This document shows positions 52,732 to 62,558 of a stretch of 64,000 nucleotides of DNA, piece by piece. The notes beneath the pieces are model-generated. The model saw only the letters and a program-made list of their open reading frames with translations, had not been told where the DNA came from and ran no database searches. Each line of letters begins with the position of its first letter. Position 1 is the stretch's first letter. Source of the DNA: Desulfobacterales bacterium (GTDB lineage: Bacteria > Desulfobacterota > Desulfobacteria > Desulfobacterales > UBA5616); contig JAWODC010000070.1 in NCBI GenBank assembly GCA_046483495.1, forward strand, positions 32,001 to 96,000. Reading direction: 5' to 3'. A program made the translations under genes and the position numbers.

Positions 52732-53517
52732 TCATTCGCCACTGAACTCAGGAAGCCTTTTTTCCATAAACGCTTCAAGGCCTTCCCTGGGTTCCCCGGA
52801 CAGGTACAACCGTTCGACCAGTTCCGGCTCACACAGATAAAGATCTCCAAATCCTGAAGCTGCGGACGCATTGACGATTTTTTTTGTCATTCGAATCGCC
52901 AGGTGGGCCTTGCCGGAAATCGTTTGGGCCATTTCGTGGACCGTCGGCATGACCTGATGAGGGGTAACGACCTTGTTTACCAATCCGATCTGCAGCGCCT
53001 TTTGGGAACCAACCATATCACAGGTCATAATCAGTTCTTTCGCCATGGAGGGACCGATGAGAGAAACCAGACGTTGCGTGCAGCCCCATGTGAAAAACAT
53101 GCCCACAGACGCTTCGGGAATGCTTAAAAATGCATCATCGGACATGATCCTGAAATCGCATGCCATGGCCAGTGAAAGGCCGGCGCCCACGGCAGGACCG
53201 TTGAGGGCGGCAAATGTAATTTGTTCCAGGTTTTCCAGGGTCCGCATGAAATCATGACCGAGCAATTGGCCGTTTCTCACCAGAGATCTGTTTTTGCCCA
53301 GCTTATCAAGAACCTCGAGGTCCACCCCGGCGGAAAACGTTTGGCCATTACCGGTGAATATGATCATTCGTGTATGGGAATCTTCACGCATATCCTGGAG
53401 AAATTGCAGCAGCTCCGATATCATTTGCTCGTTCATCGCATTGAGCTTGGAGGGCCGATTCAAGACAACCGTAACCGTTGAGCCTTCTTTTTTTGTCAGC
53501 AATGTTTCATACGGCAT
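52732..53517 (-). CDS. Enoyl-CoA hydratase/isomerase family protein
   Basis: LNRPSKLNA, FSAGVDL, GAGLSLAMACDFR and AFMEKRLPEF. Confidence 0.9.
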   Translation of the reverse strand: MPYETLLTKKEGSTVTVVLNRPSKLNAMNEQMISELLQFLQDMREDSHTRMIIFTGNGQTFSAGVDLEVLDKLGKNRSLVRNGQLLGHDFMRTLENLEQITFAALNGPAVGAGLSLAMACDFRIMSDDAFLSIPEASVGMFFTWGCTQRLVSLIGPSMAKELIMTCDMVGSQKALQIGLVNKVVTPHQVMPTVHEMAQTISGKAHLAIRMTKKIVNASAASGFGDLYLCEPELVERLYLSGEPREGLEAFMEKRLPEFSGE

Positions 53518-53583
53518 TTCGACACCTTTCATAGGGAATGGGGGTTCTTTGAATTATTCTTGCAAGCCGTCGAAACCAAGATC

Positions 53584-54951
53584 CTATTCGGTGTTCGACA
53601 GCCTCTTTTCAGTCTGTTTTATACCGTAATTCAGCCATCCCGCCTCATTGAAATTTACCGCCTGCTGCCGCAAACGCTTGTAGCATACAAGCTGTATTTT
53701 AAGGGCTGACCGGTTCTCCGGCTCTACCTGCAGTATACCCTGTGTCAACCGTAGAGCTTTTAACAGGCAGCCTTCTTCCAGCAATTCACCGGCCAATTCA
53801 GCGGATTTGTCGGCGCCGCCTGCCAGCCGGACCAGTTCCGGAATAATAATTTCTGACGGGGCGGCATACATGGAAGCGGGATTGCCGTCAAACCATCCGG
53901 CGTATCCCTCGTAGATTCCCCTCACGGACCAGGAAATTTTTCCATATCCTTCTCCGATATCCAGGTTTTCCGGGAGTCGGATTTCCTGCATCAAGGTATA
54001 AACATCTTTTCCCTGGTTCATGCCTTCCACCGTTTTGTCATGCACGTACAGCACAGCATCCCGGTATTTTGTCAGGGCATTGAAAATCGCTTCAACACCG
54101 TATATCGGTTCGCCGTGGCTTGGAAGCATGATTTCAGGTTCAAGCGCCAATACCTTGTCGATGGATTGTGCATAATCGAGAGCCCACCGCGGTTTGGTTC
54201 CCCGCAGGGTATAAATGTTGGGGAAAGATTGGTAAAACAGATCACCGATAAATAGCGCTTTGATTTCCGGGATGAAGATGCTGATGGCATCATAAGTCTC
54301 GCCGGGGGTATGCATGATCTCAAAAGTGTATTGTCCGACCTTCAGCGTATGCGTCTCGTTTACTAAAATCGTGGCCGGAATAATCGCATCGTAATTGCCG
54401 TTTTTGGATGGATCGGTTTTCACCAGGCTCAGATCGAATCCGAACTGGGAGGCATTGCGGATTTTGAAAAAATCCTCCAATCGTTTTTGGTAATGAAGAA
54501 ACTCGACCGATTCAGCATGCATAATGACCTCGGTTCCTTCCTGCCGCCACAGGTGTATCCCACCGGTATGGTCTCCATGCCCATGGGTGACGATGATGGC
54601 TCGGACGGGCTCTGAACTTACCGCCGTTAACAACGCTTTGTGCTTGGGGGCCACATTGGGCAAAGAAGTGTCGATAATGACGTTGCCTTCTGTCGTAGTA
54701 ACCAAAAACGTATTGCCGAAACCCGTTGCCTTGAATATGGAGGGGTGAACTTCCTGTGCCGATTCTTGATCGATGCTTTGCATCAAAAACATGCTGGGGT
54801 CCAGATCTTCCAATGTTTTCGGCTTTTGATTCGATGTGTCGCTTGCCGGGGCAACAGCGGCACTGAGGCCGATCACACAAGCGATTGACATAAAAAAAAA
54901 CAGGTGTAGACGTTTAAATTTGTAAATCGGATGATGGTCAAATGTGATCAT
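53584..54951 (-). CDS. Exported alkyl/aryl-sulfatase-like MBL-fold hydrolase
   Basis: Signal-like N-terminus, THGHGDH, PGET, FPNIYTLRG and YAGWFDGNP (SdsA1-type dimerisation region). Confidence 0.82.
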   Translation of the reverse strand: MITFDHHPIYKFKRLHLFFFMSIACVIGLSAAVAPASDTSNQKPKTLEDLDPSMFLMQSIDQESAQEVHPSIFKATGFGNTFLVTTTEGNVIIDTSLPNVAPKHKALLTAVSSEPVRAIIVTHGHGDHTGGIHLWRQEGTEVIMHAESVEFLHYQKRLEDFFKIRNASQFGFDLSLVKTDPSKNGNYDAIIPATILVNETHTLKVGQYTFEIMHTPGETYDAISIFIPEIKALFIGDLFYQSFPNIYTLRGTKPRWALDYAQSIDKVLALEPEIMLPSHGEPIYGVEAIFNALTKYRDAVLYVHDKTVEGMNQGKDVYTLMQEIRLPENLDIGEGYGKISWSVRGIYEGYAGWFDGNPASMYAAPSEIIIPELVRLAGGADKSAELAGELLEEGCLLKALRLTQGILQVEPENRSALKIQLVCYKRLRQQAVNFNEAGWLNYGIKQTEKRLSNTE

Positions 54952-55182
54952 GCGTTTCCCCTCCACAAAAAAAGATTCAATGATAGATGATGAGTGCCTG
55001 TTCGCCAGGTCCGACACGCCCCAGGGCAAAGGTGGAATGGTCGAAAAAAACAAACCGGATGGGCACGCCGGTAATATGCCGGAGACCATATCGTCGCCAT
55101 CGGACCAGGATGATTTTTTGAGGTGCCGTCCTTACATCATTTATAGACGAAAATCGGTAAAAAATCCAGCAGGATCAGAACA

Positions 55183-55306
55183 GCGCCCATCCGGAAACGG
55201 CATCTTTTTGCCCGAATCTGTACAGAAGAATACTCGATTATGACTGGCATTTCAATGGAATACAGCTTTCGAATGAATCAAAATTTAACCTTTTCCGGAT
55301 GGATAC
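55183..55306 (-). mobile_element. MITE-like repeat, family 1, copy D (diverged interior)
   Basis: Ends gcgcccatccggaaacgg ... tttccggatggatac match the family-1 TIRs. Confidence 0.55.
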
Positions 55307-55659
55307 GTTTGTAATACGCAATGGTGGGCGGACTCATCATTTATCCTTTAAATGGTTGAAATTTGGTCTCTGATAATGTAAAGCGGTTTGTAACTCGCAC
55401 TTGCTGCACCGAAACGGCAAAAAGACAGTCGCTTGCCTTTTCATATTGGATCAGCGTCGCGGCCTGATATGTGTAAAGTAAAGCCAGGCCGGGAGACCTG
55501 AAGAAGCCGGAAATGAATCCGTCAATTCCCCATAAAAAATTGCCCGGTGAACGGCAAACCCCTCTGGTTCTTCTCCGGTTTTTTTCCAGAAGCCGATCTG
55601 TGTCCTGGATATGAGGAAAACTGAAACCTGAAAAAATCGGATTGAAAAGGAGATAAAAG

Positions 55660-57036
55660 ATGAAAAGACGATATACGTTTATGCTGTTGACTGCCTCCGT
55701 AGTTTTTTTCCTGATGATGTTGACTTCCGGTTTTGCCCAAGTGGAAGAAAGCGGTCAGGAAAGCATTGCCGAAGAGGAGGCCGGCGGTCAGGGCGGCGGC
55801 CTCATGAATACCCTGTTCAAGGCGCTGGGGGATGCCGCGGAGGAATCCCTGAAAGAAGGCATCGATGAATTCATCGGGACGTACAAGGGACGCATCGGTG
55901 AAGTCAAGCTGCTTGAAAATCGAGGCAATGCCGTTGTTCTGGAAGTGACTTACGAGGGCGTCAAGCGCAAAGACGGGGTATATGTTCAGGGAGAAGTAAT
56001 GAAATGGAGCGAGTCTCTGGAAGGTTTCACCAGTACGCTCTCCCCGATTCGCGGCAAAAAAGGCTCCGTTGTTTTGACCATCGGCCGGCAGCAGCAGGGA
56101 GCCTCGGAATGGGGAATAACCTCATCTGAAACCGTCGATGAATCCGACCAAATCCGTTTGTCCCTTGTTCGGGAAACGAACCCCGACCGCCCGTTCGGCA
56201 GCCTGGTGTATAATTTTGAAAAAACATGGACGGACAGCAGTGATATCGTTGCGGCGGAACCTGAGACCGCCGAACCGGAAGAGGCGGTTGAGCTGGCGGA
56301 GGGTGAAACGGCGGAGGAGGCGGAAACCCTCGATTCGGGAGGCCGACCGCCTGCCCCGGCCGTTGTTCTTCCGGGAACAGTTTTAAAACCGGTGCAAACG
56401 GCCCCGATCAAACCGGCCGATACAGCCGGCACGTCCATCCGGAAACCTTCGATTGCGAAAGTCGAGGAGCCCGCTTCATCTTCTGTGCGGCCGTTGACAA
56501 CGATCGCCACCGCAACAAAAACAGCCAAACGTGCTCCCAAAACGATTACGGAATATCATTTTTTACTCCACGCAGATAAGGCCCAATGGAAAAGTTCTTC
56601 AGGAAAACTCGCTTTCCCCGGTTTGTCCAAAGATAAAGGGGGATATGTAAGAGCGTTGGATACCGGGGTGATATGCCCTGACAACAAGGCGAAAAACCTC
56701 TTGTTGACAACTCCGCATATGGTAAAAAACGGGACTATTCAAGGCGTTTATCCTTCTATTGTACCGGGAAAAAACCTCAAATTCAAGGCGGTCGGCGCAC
56801 TGCTCAAGGGTGCAACCGGTTCGGACGGGGTGATTATGTCGGTTTTCGTTCTGGAAAACGGCAGCCGTCGCCGGGTCGTTCGCAAAACGATCGATTGCAG
56901 CGCATACGCACACCTTGAAGCGGATCTGTCTGCCTGGGCCGGCAAAGAAATTCAGATCATCTTGCATGTCAAGGCTCGAAATACAGGCGTAAGAGATTGG
57001 GCGGTTTGGGTCCATCCGCGGTTGGAGCAGCAATAG
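55660..57036 (+). CDS. Secreted hypothetical protein with acidic and Pro/Thr linkers and a C-terminal beta-sandwich (NPCBM/galactose-binding-like) domain
   Basis: Signal peptide ending SGFA; C-terminal SDGV...ADLSAWAGKEIQIIL...DWAVWVHPRL pattern; RBS aaagga. Confidence 0.7.
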   Translation: MKRRYTFMLLTASVVFFLMMLTSGFAQVEESGQESIAEEEAGGQGGGLMNTLFKALGDAAEESLKEGIDEFIGTYKGRIGEVKLLENRGNAVVLEVTYEGVKRKDGVYVQGEVMKWSESLEGFTSTLSPIRGKKGSVVLTIGRQQQGASEWGITSSETVDESDQIRLSLVRETNPDRPFGSLVYNFEKTWTDSSDIVAAEPETAEPEEAVELAEGETAEEAETLDSGGRPPAPAVVLPGTVLKPVQTAPIKPADTAGTSIRKPSIAKVEEPASSSVRPLTTIATATKTAKRAPKTITEYHFLLHADKAQWKSSSGKLAFPGLSKDKGGYVRALDTGVICPDNKAKNLLLTTPHMVKNGTIQGVYPSIVPGKNLKFKAVGALLKGATGSDGVIMSVFVLENGSRRRVVRKTIDCSAYAHLEADLSAWAGKEIQIILHVKARNTGVRDWAVWVHPRLEQQ

Positions 57037-57102
57037 GGATCTAAATTCACGCTGTGCCGTATCGATGGTTTTCACACATCACCAAACAGGGAGTTGAACA
57101 CG

Positions 57103-58644
57103 ATGCGCCTATTCACGGTCATTGCCGTAATACTATGCCTTTCATTTTCCTTACAGGCCGAAGATAATCCGCCGGCTGTCGACAAAACCCTGAAGCTTTA
57201 CCCCGACCGGTTACAAACACTCGGCTCCGAGAGAGCTTCCGTTTCCCAGCCAAAAAAAACTGCTGTGGCAAAACCGGTCCGTCCCTTGACATTTCAGCCC
57301 GTTACCGCTGTTCGCATCAAGAAGCCCGTCCCCATCAAACTGGAAAGAATTCGTCCCATTGTCCCGGCACAGACTCCTGTAAAGCCCCAGGGCCCGGACC
57401 CGGCGGCCACACTGGATCTCAGTGATGTAATCGAGGATGCGGCACTTTTGGAAGATCTCGGCGATGTCTGCGGCTGGGACGGCCACCTGATTTTGCAGGA
57501 TTCAGCCGCAGCCCACGTGTTTTACTATATTCCCAGGGAGTTTCTCTTAAAGCGCGATCCTGAAGGATATCGGTTGAGTGTCCAGTACAATACCCGTGCG
57601 GAGACGGGGCAGCCCTCGGTCATGATTACAGCGGAATTGAAAGCGCCGCATCGGATCGGGGACGTCGGTCTTTTGAGGTCCATTTTGCGCCGGGCGCTGG
57701 ACCTCGAGCCGGCGGATCCCCTGGATGTAAAGGCGTTGCCGGGTCTCGGGGCCGCTGCGGATTTTCACGCCCTTGCCACCGGATTATCGCTGCCTGCCGA
57801 TCGCATCCATTTAAATCCGCCTGCCTATCTGAAACAGGCGTTCAGGCTGACATTGTCACTCACGCAAGATGAAACCGAAGAGGTATTAGCACAAATCGCC
57901 GGTGACGGATTGGTGGGCAATTTAAATGTCAAGGTAGACGATACGGTGATTCCCATTCCCATCCGCCTGCAATATCAGCGATTTTCCGGGCTCCAGCTTA
58001 AAGGGTTTGAAGGATGGATCGAAGGGAGAGCCATCGCCACACTGGAAAATGTAACGGATTTTCCGATCCGCATCGAAGCCGTCAATGCATACCGTATCAA
58101 AAACGGTGAATTGGTGCGGATTTCAAAGCAGCTCAAGCCCATCAGCATAGATCCCGCATCTGCCAGGTCCTTTAACATGCCCGCGGCCAAGGCGCTTCTT
58201 GGTGATCATCTTGCCGTTGCATGGATGGGGCTTTCCATGGACGGGAGTTGTTCGGACTGCATCAGCCGCATCGATTCAACGGTCAGAAAAGGTGTGGCCT
58301 TATCCCCGGGAAGCCGGATTCAGCTGGAAGCCATTCCGGCCGTTTTTGAAGAATTCGGTCTTTACAAGCTGATCATTCACGTCCAAACACCTTATTTTAC
58401 CGCCAAAGGCAAAAGCGTTCAACAGCAGGAAGTTGCTCTTACCGCAGAACAAAATAAAAACGAAGATTTGCAGATATTCGTTCCCTCGGATAAAGGCACG
58501 GAGCCGTTGCTTTTTAAATACCGGATCGAAGCGGTCACCGAGACCGGCGAAAACCGTATTGCACCCGAATGGCACGATTCCAGAAAGCTGACGCAGTATT
58601 TCGGCGCCGCCCAGGTGGAAGGCCTGTTTCACCAAGCAGAGTAG
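57103..58644 (+). CDS. Secreted hypothetical protein, paralogue 1 of an unassigned family
   Basis: Signal peptide ending SLQA, Pro/Lys-rich linker, then LILQD...VFYYIP core; C-terminal FKYRI...TG...W domain. Confidence 0.75.
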   Translation: MRLFTVIAVILCLSFSLQAEDNPPAVDKTLKLYPDRLQTLGSERASVSQPKKTAVAKPVRPLTFQPVTAVRIKKPVPIKLERIRPIVPAQTPVKPQGPDPAATLDLSDVIEDAALLEDLGDVCGWDGHLILQDSAAAHVFYYIPREFLLKRDPEGYRLSVQYNTRAETGQPSVMITAELKAPHRIGDVGLLRSILRRALDLEPADPLDVKALPGLGAAADFHALATGLSLPADRIHLNPPAYLKQAFRLTLSLTQDETEEVLAQIAGDGLVGNLNVKVDDTVIPIPIRLQYQRFSGLQLKGFEGWIEGRAIATLENVTDFPIRIEAVNAYRIKNGELVRISKQLKPISIDPASARSFNMPAAKALLGDHLAVAWMGLSMDGSCSDCISRIDSTVRKGVALSPGSRIQLEAIPAVFEEFGLYKLIIHVQTPYFTAKGKSVQQQEVALTAEQNKNEDLQIFVPSDKGTEPLLFKYRIEAVTETGENRIAPEWHDSRKLTQYFGAAQVEGLFHQAE

Positions 58645-58669
58645 TGAAGAAAGAGATCATGTTATCACC

Positions 58670-59713
58670 ATGGGGTTAATGCATACCATGAAAACCGTCA
58701 TTGTCGTTTTTGCAGCGTGTGTATGCTGGGCGGCGAGCTGCCGGGCGGCTCCGAATCTGGACCATTTCTACGATATACAGGGAACACGGGTCTACCGGGA
58801 TCATGAAATCCCGTCGGAGTGGTATGTGGCCCCGGCACCGCCGGTGTTAAGACAAAGGACGGACAACACGCCCGATTATGGTTTTGCCCTGTATCGATAC
58901 GTGGGCCGATCGGGCACGGGGGATTCCGGAAGTTTCCGGGTCCGGGGGGTGCTGACGTTCGGCATTGAACGGTTCCGGGATTCGGCCGTTTCGGCAAAAA
59001 TCCGCAAAGCATTACGGGCAAAGGGTTTCCGTACACCCCGGTTGAAATCCATGCCGGTGTCCGCCGTTCGCAGTACGTTCATGTTTGCCGATAAATCGGA
59101 GACCCGCGAGTACCAAACCCGGTGGAAAAGCGGAAGTATTATGGTGTTTCTCGATGCGCACATGGCCGAGGTCCTCTGGGATGCCGTAAAGGCCGGACAA
59201 ATCCAGGTCAGCGTTTGCATCGATGAAGAACTTGCCGGCGTGCGTAACCGCGAAGATGCGTGGCAGCCGTCTTCAGCATCCCAGGTGAGGACCGTTCCCG
59301 TCGACATGGATATGACCGCCCATTCCGACCATTTCCAGCGCATCGATTTAGGAGAAAGAATGAAGGTCGGCTATACCGGGGTAGACGTTTTCTGCTTTGA
59401 TTTCATAGAAAATCTCGAAGAAAATCTCTACGCAAAAATTGTCGAGGTGGCCATACCCACGACCGGCCGGGAGCTTGTCGAGGCGGTTACATTCAAAGAT
59501 AACGGGGAATACCGGCATCGCATCGAATTCAAGCTGGCAAAAGATCTGGATCAGCCTTATCGGTATCGCGTTTCCCGAATTTTTCAGGACGGCAGCAAAC
59601 AAACCGGTCCATGGCAGGAGAAATCCGGGGAAACCCTGCTGGATATTACCGCCTATAATTATGCAGGCGGTGCAGCCGAAGAAACCGGGAAGCACGATCG
59701 GACCGTCGATTGA
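58670..59713 (+). CDS. Secreted hypothetical protein, paralogue 2 (shortest)
   Basis: Signal peptide; VYRD...WYVAPAPP.L, AEVLWD and YRYRV...DG...W motifs shared with neighbours. Confidence 0.75.
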   Translation: MGLMHTMKTVIVVFAACVCWAASCRAAPNLDHFYDIQGTRVYRDHEIPSEWYVAPAPPVLRQRTDNTPDYGFALYRYVGRSGTGDSGSFRVRGVLTFGIERFRDSAVSAKIRKALRAKGFRTPRLKSMPVSAVRSTFMFADKSETREYQTRWKSGSIMVFLDAHMAEVLWDAVKAGQIQVSVCIDEELAGVRNREDAWQPSSASQVRTVPVDMDMTAHSDHFQRIDLGERMKVGYTGVDVFCFDFIENLEENLYAKIVEVAIPTTGRELVEAVTFKDNGEYRHRIEFKLAKDLDQPYRYRVSRIFQDGSKQTGPWQEKSGETLLDITAYNYAGGAAEETGKHDRTVD

Positions 59714-59724
59714 AAAGGAGGCGC

Positions 59725-62556
59725 ATGAAACGAGCTATTCTTATAAAGGTGTATGTTCTCATAGCGGTTTGTTTGGTGTCGATATCCCACGACGCCGCAT
59801 TTTCCCAGGAAATCATGCTGGATCACATGGAAAAATGCGGGGACCTGATCTGCTATCCCGCCATGAAAGATCCCAATTCCTATTATTATTTGCCGGATCA
59901 GCCCAGGTTGGCTTATAAAGACGGCAAGCCTCAGTTTTCATTTTTAAAATATGCGCAGACAAAGGAAACCGGAAAGGCCGGCACCGGACAGGCCGAGGGC
60001 GGCGGCATCATTCATTTTCTGGTCACCTACGGCGTTTCTGACAATCGGGTCAAACAGGCGGAAAGGCAATTGCAAAAACGCCATCCGGAAGCCATGATTG
60101 TGGGTCCAATCGTTTATCGCAGGGGCAATTTTGCCCTGATTACATCGTTTAAAGAAGGCAATGAGCTCACCACGAAGACGGTGGCGGTGGGCAAAGCCCC
60201 GTTAATGGAGGGCCAGAAAGCGGCGGTTTCCATGGCCCTGACCCGTGAGGGCGCAGAACTCCTCTGGGAGAGTTTTCGAACCGATACGCCGGACATTTCC
60301 CTGGTTTTTGACATGGCGTTCGCCGGCATTCGGGAACCCTATGAAGCCACCCTCGAAGCGAATTGGAGTCAAATCAGTAAGCATGACCGAATTAAAGCCG
60401 GTTTCCAATACAAATGGTTCGGTGCAGATGTGGATATTCTTTTCCAGGAATTGCGCCGGACCGGCGCCGTAAAAATCACCACCAAGGGTGAACAGGCGCT
60501 CATGGACAAGATGCTGGAAAGCGCCAATGAAAAGCTGTTAAAGGTCATGTTCGATCCCGTACAGGCCGATGACCTCACCCGGGCGGCTTCGGAAAGCGGG
60601 TATGACAGCCTGAACCAGGCGGCAAAAATGCTGAAAGATGCCGCAAGCTCCCGGCGCAGCAGTTCCGGCGGCAGCTCGGGCAGCGGTTCCGGCGCCCGAT
60701 CCTCCGAAAGCCGCCGCACCGGCAACAGCAAAGGGAATGGCGGGTTCTGGGCAGCAATATCTCATGTGGTTTTACCCTTGGCGAACGCTTTTCCAATCCC
60801 GGTGCAGCAGACCGTCGAGGATGAAACTCAGAGCACGGAAGGGGATGGTTCGGCGGACCAGGAAGAACATGTGTCCCGCGCAGCACGTCGGTTCGAAGAA
60901 GGGGTTTCCCTGTTTGACCAGGGAAGGTACCGGGAAGCCCTTCGAGCGTTTGAAGAAGCCGAGCAAATACATATTCAGGATACCGGAGGACCGTCCACCA
61001 GTGGAACCTCGCCATATAACATCGGCATGTGCCATTTGGAATTGGGCAATCTTCGCCAGGCCGAAAGAAACCTCGAGGAAGCGGTTCGCCGTTATCCTGA
61101 TGGAAGCCCGCAACAGCAAAGAGCCAGAGATGAACTGGAGCAATTGCGGGACCGGTTATCTTCCATGCGGCGGCCGGGCGGGTCTTCGGGAACCGATCAA
61201 ATTGCAGCTGTTGAGGATGCAGCCGCGGAATCGGCCGGTGAGGCCTACAGCCGGGCTCGCCGCCTTTATGAGGAGGCTCGTACCGGCGGATTCGAGGCAG
61301 GACCCACACGCACAGCGCTCGAGGCCTATGAGAGCTACCAGCGCGACCACCATCCAACCGGCACACGCGCCGATGAGGTCAACGGCCGCATTCGGATGCT
61401 GCAAACACGCCTTTTAGCTGCCGAGGCATCCGAAAGCCCCGCCATTACGGTCGGTGAATTGGATGCCCCGTCAACTGATCTGCCGAATCCATTTGAGCAA
61501 GACAGGGATGCTACACAAACCTCAACCGGCGGGTCGTCAGACAGCTCGCCCTCATCCGGAGCTTCCGGATCCGGACAGCCGGAAACAGGTGCGCAAAGCT
61601 CAAGCACATCCAATTCTGGCTCCTCCGGGGCGGGTACTTCCAATAGCTCCGGATCGAGCAGTGGGGCGGCTACCGAATCCGGCTCATCCCCCGGAACCTC
61701 CGCCCGCCAGGCATCCTCTTCCCGCCGGACCAGGGCGGACGGATCGCCGGGGTTTTCCCTGGTGGCCTCCTACAAGATGAAACGGATCAAGCGTTCGGGA
61801 AAAATGGTCTACCACATGAATCATTTCCGAACCGAAACCCAGGCCTTTGCCATGGCCGAAAACATCGGGTCCATCTTTAAGAAATACGGCCGTGACAAGC
61901 GGGTTTTCAGGGCGGTCACCATCGATGATCCCGTCTTCAAACAGCGGGAAATCCGCGTCACGCTGGACGGGCAGGATGCCGCCACGTTCACGAAATACCT
62001 CAATTTTGTCACCGTAAAAATGAAAAAACGGCACCAGCGGGGCGATCTCACCACCGCAGAAATCGTGATTACACCGGACACATTCAGTGATTCAGGGAAT
62101 CATTTTTCCATGACCTACGGCTGGAAAAATGACGCCGATCGCACACGATGGCTGAATTACGAATACCAGGCCATCTGGTCGTTTCACGGAGGAGTGGAGA
62201 TGCGGTCCCCATGGATACAGACGGATTCCCCGATGCTTGCCTTATCCCCCCCGCACCGGTACCGCACCCTGTCCATCGAAGGGAACGGGGATGTGCTGTC
62301 CCGTGCCGGTGTCCGGCACGGTGTGGTAACGCTCTTATGCCGTATCGGGGATCGGTATCTTCAGCAGCGGGTGACGATTCGCAACAACGGCCCGGCGCCT
62401 TCCACGGTTCTGGAGGTTCCGGAAGATCCGAACAACCCCGAAACGAAAGTCGGGATCACCTGGTACCTCACAGAAAACCGGAAAGTGACCTCAGAAGAAT
62501 CCGGGTTCGAAGGAGACATTATATATTGGGACCAACTGCCCAAAGGAGGTATTTAA
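59725..62556 (+). CDS. Large secreted protein, paralogue 3, with inserted TPR and Ser/Gly-rich region
   Basis: RBS aaggagg, signal peptide ending AFS; YYYLPDQPRL, GGIIHFLV, GAELLWES and DPVFKQRE; TPR-like FEEGVSLFDQGRYREALRAFEEA...YNIGMCHLELG. Confidence 0.8.
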   Translation: MKRAILIKVYVLIAVCLVSISHDAAFSQEIMLDHMEKCGDLICYPAMKDPNSYYYLPDQPRLAYKDGKPQFSFLKYAQTKETGKAGTGQAEGGGIIHFLVTYGVSDNRVKQAERQLQKRHPEAMIVGPIVYRRGNFALITSFKEGNELTTKTVAVGKAPLMEGQKAAVSMALTREGAELLWESFRTDTPDISLVFDMAFAGIREPYEATLEANWSQISKHDRIKAGFQYKWFGADVDILFQELRRTGAVKITTKGEQALMDKMLESANEKLLKVMFDPVQADDLTRAASESGYDSLNQAAKMLKDAASSRRSSSGGSSGSGSGARSSESRRTGNSKGNGGFWAAISHVVLPLANAFPIPVQQTVEDETQSTEGDGSADQEEHVSRAARRFEEGVSLFDQGRYREALRAFEEAEQIHIQDTGGPSTSGTSPYNIGMCHLELGNLRQAERNLEEAVRRYPDGSPQQQRARDELEQLRDRLSSMRRPGGSSGTDQIAAVEDAAAESAGEAYSRARRLYEEARTGGFEAGPTRTALEAYESYQRDHHPTGTRADEVNGRIRMLQTRLLAAEASESPAITVGELDAPSTDLPNPFEQDRDATQTSTGGSSDSSPSSGASGSGQPETGAQSSSTSNSGSSGAGTSNSSGSSSGAATESGSSPGTSARQASSSRRTRADGSPGFSLVASYKMKRIKRSGKMVYHMNHFRTETQAFAMAENIGSIFKKYGRDKRVFRAVTIDDPVFKQREIRVTLDGQDAATFTKYLNFVTVKMKKRHQRGDLTTAEIVITPDTFSDSGNHFSMTYGWKNDADRTRWLNYEYQAIWSFHGGVEMRSPWIQTDSPMLALSPPHRYRTLSIEGNGDVLSRAGVRHGVVTLLCRIGDRYLQQRVTIRNNGPAPSTVLEVPEDPNNPETKVGITWYLTENRKVTSEESGFEGDIIYWDQLPKGGI

Positions 62557-62558
62557 GC

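Noticed and set aside
55545..55610. GGCAAACC upstream of the secreted-protein operon, resembling the start of a c-di-GMP-I riboswitch
   Set aside because: The following GAAA-loop stem and GACGCAAAGC segment are absent.
61520..61720. Low-complexity tcc/ggc-rich repeats
   Set aside because: They encode the Ser/Gly linker of paralogue 3; no regular repeat-spacer period, so not CRISPR or a VNTR.
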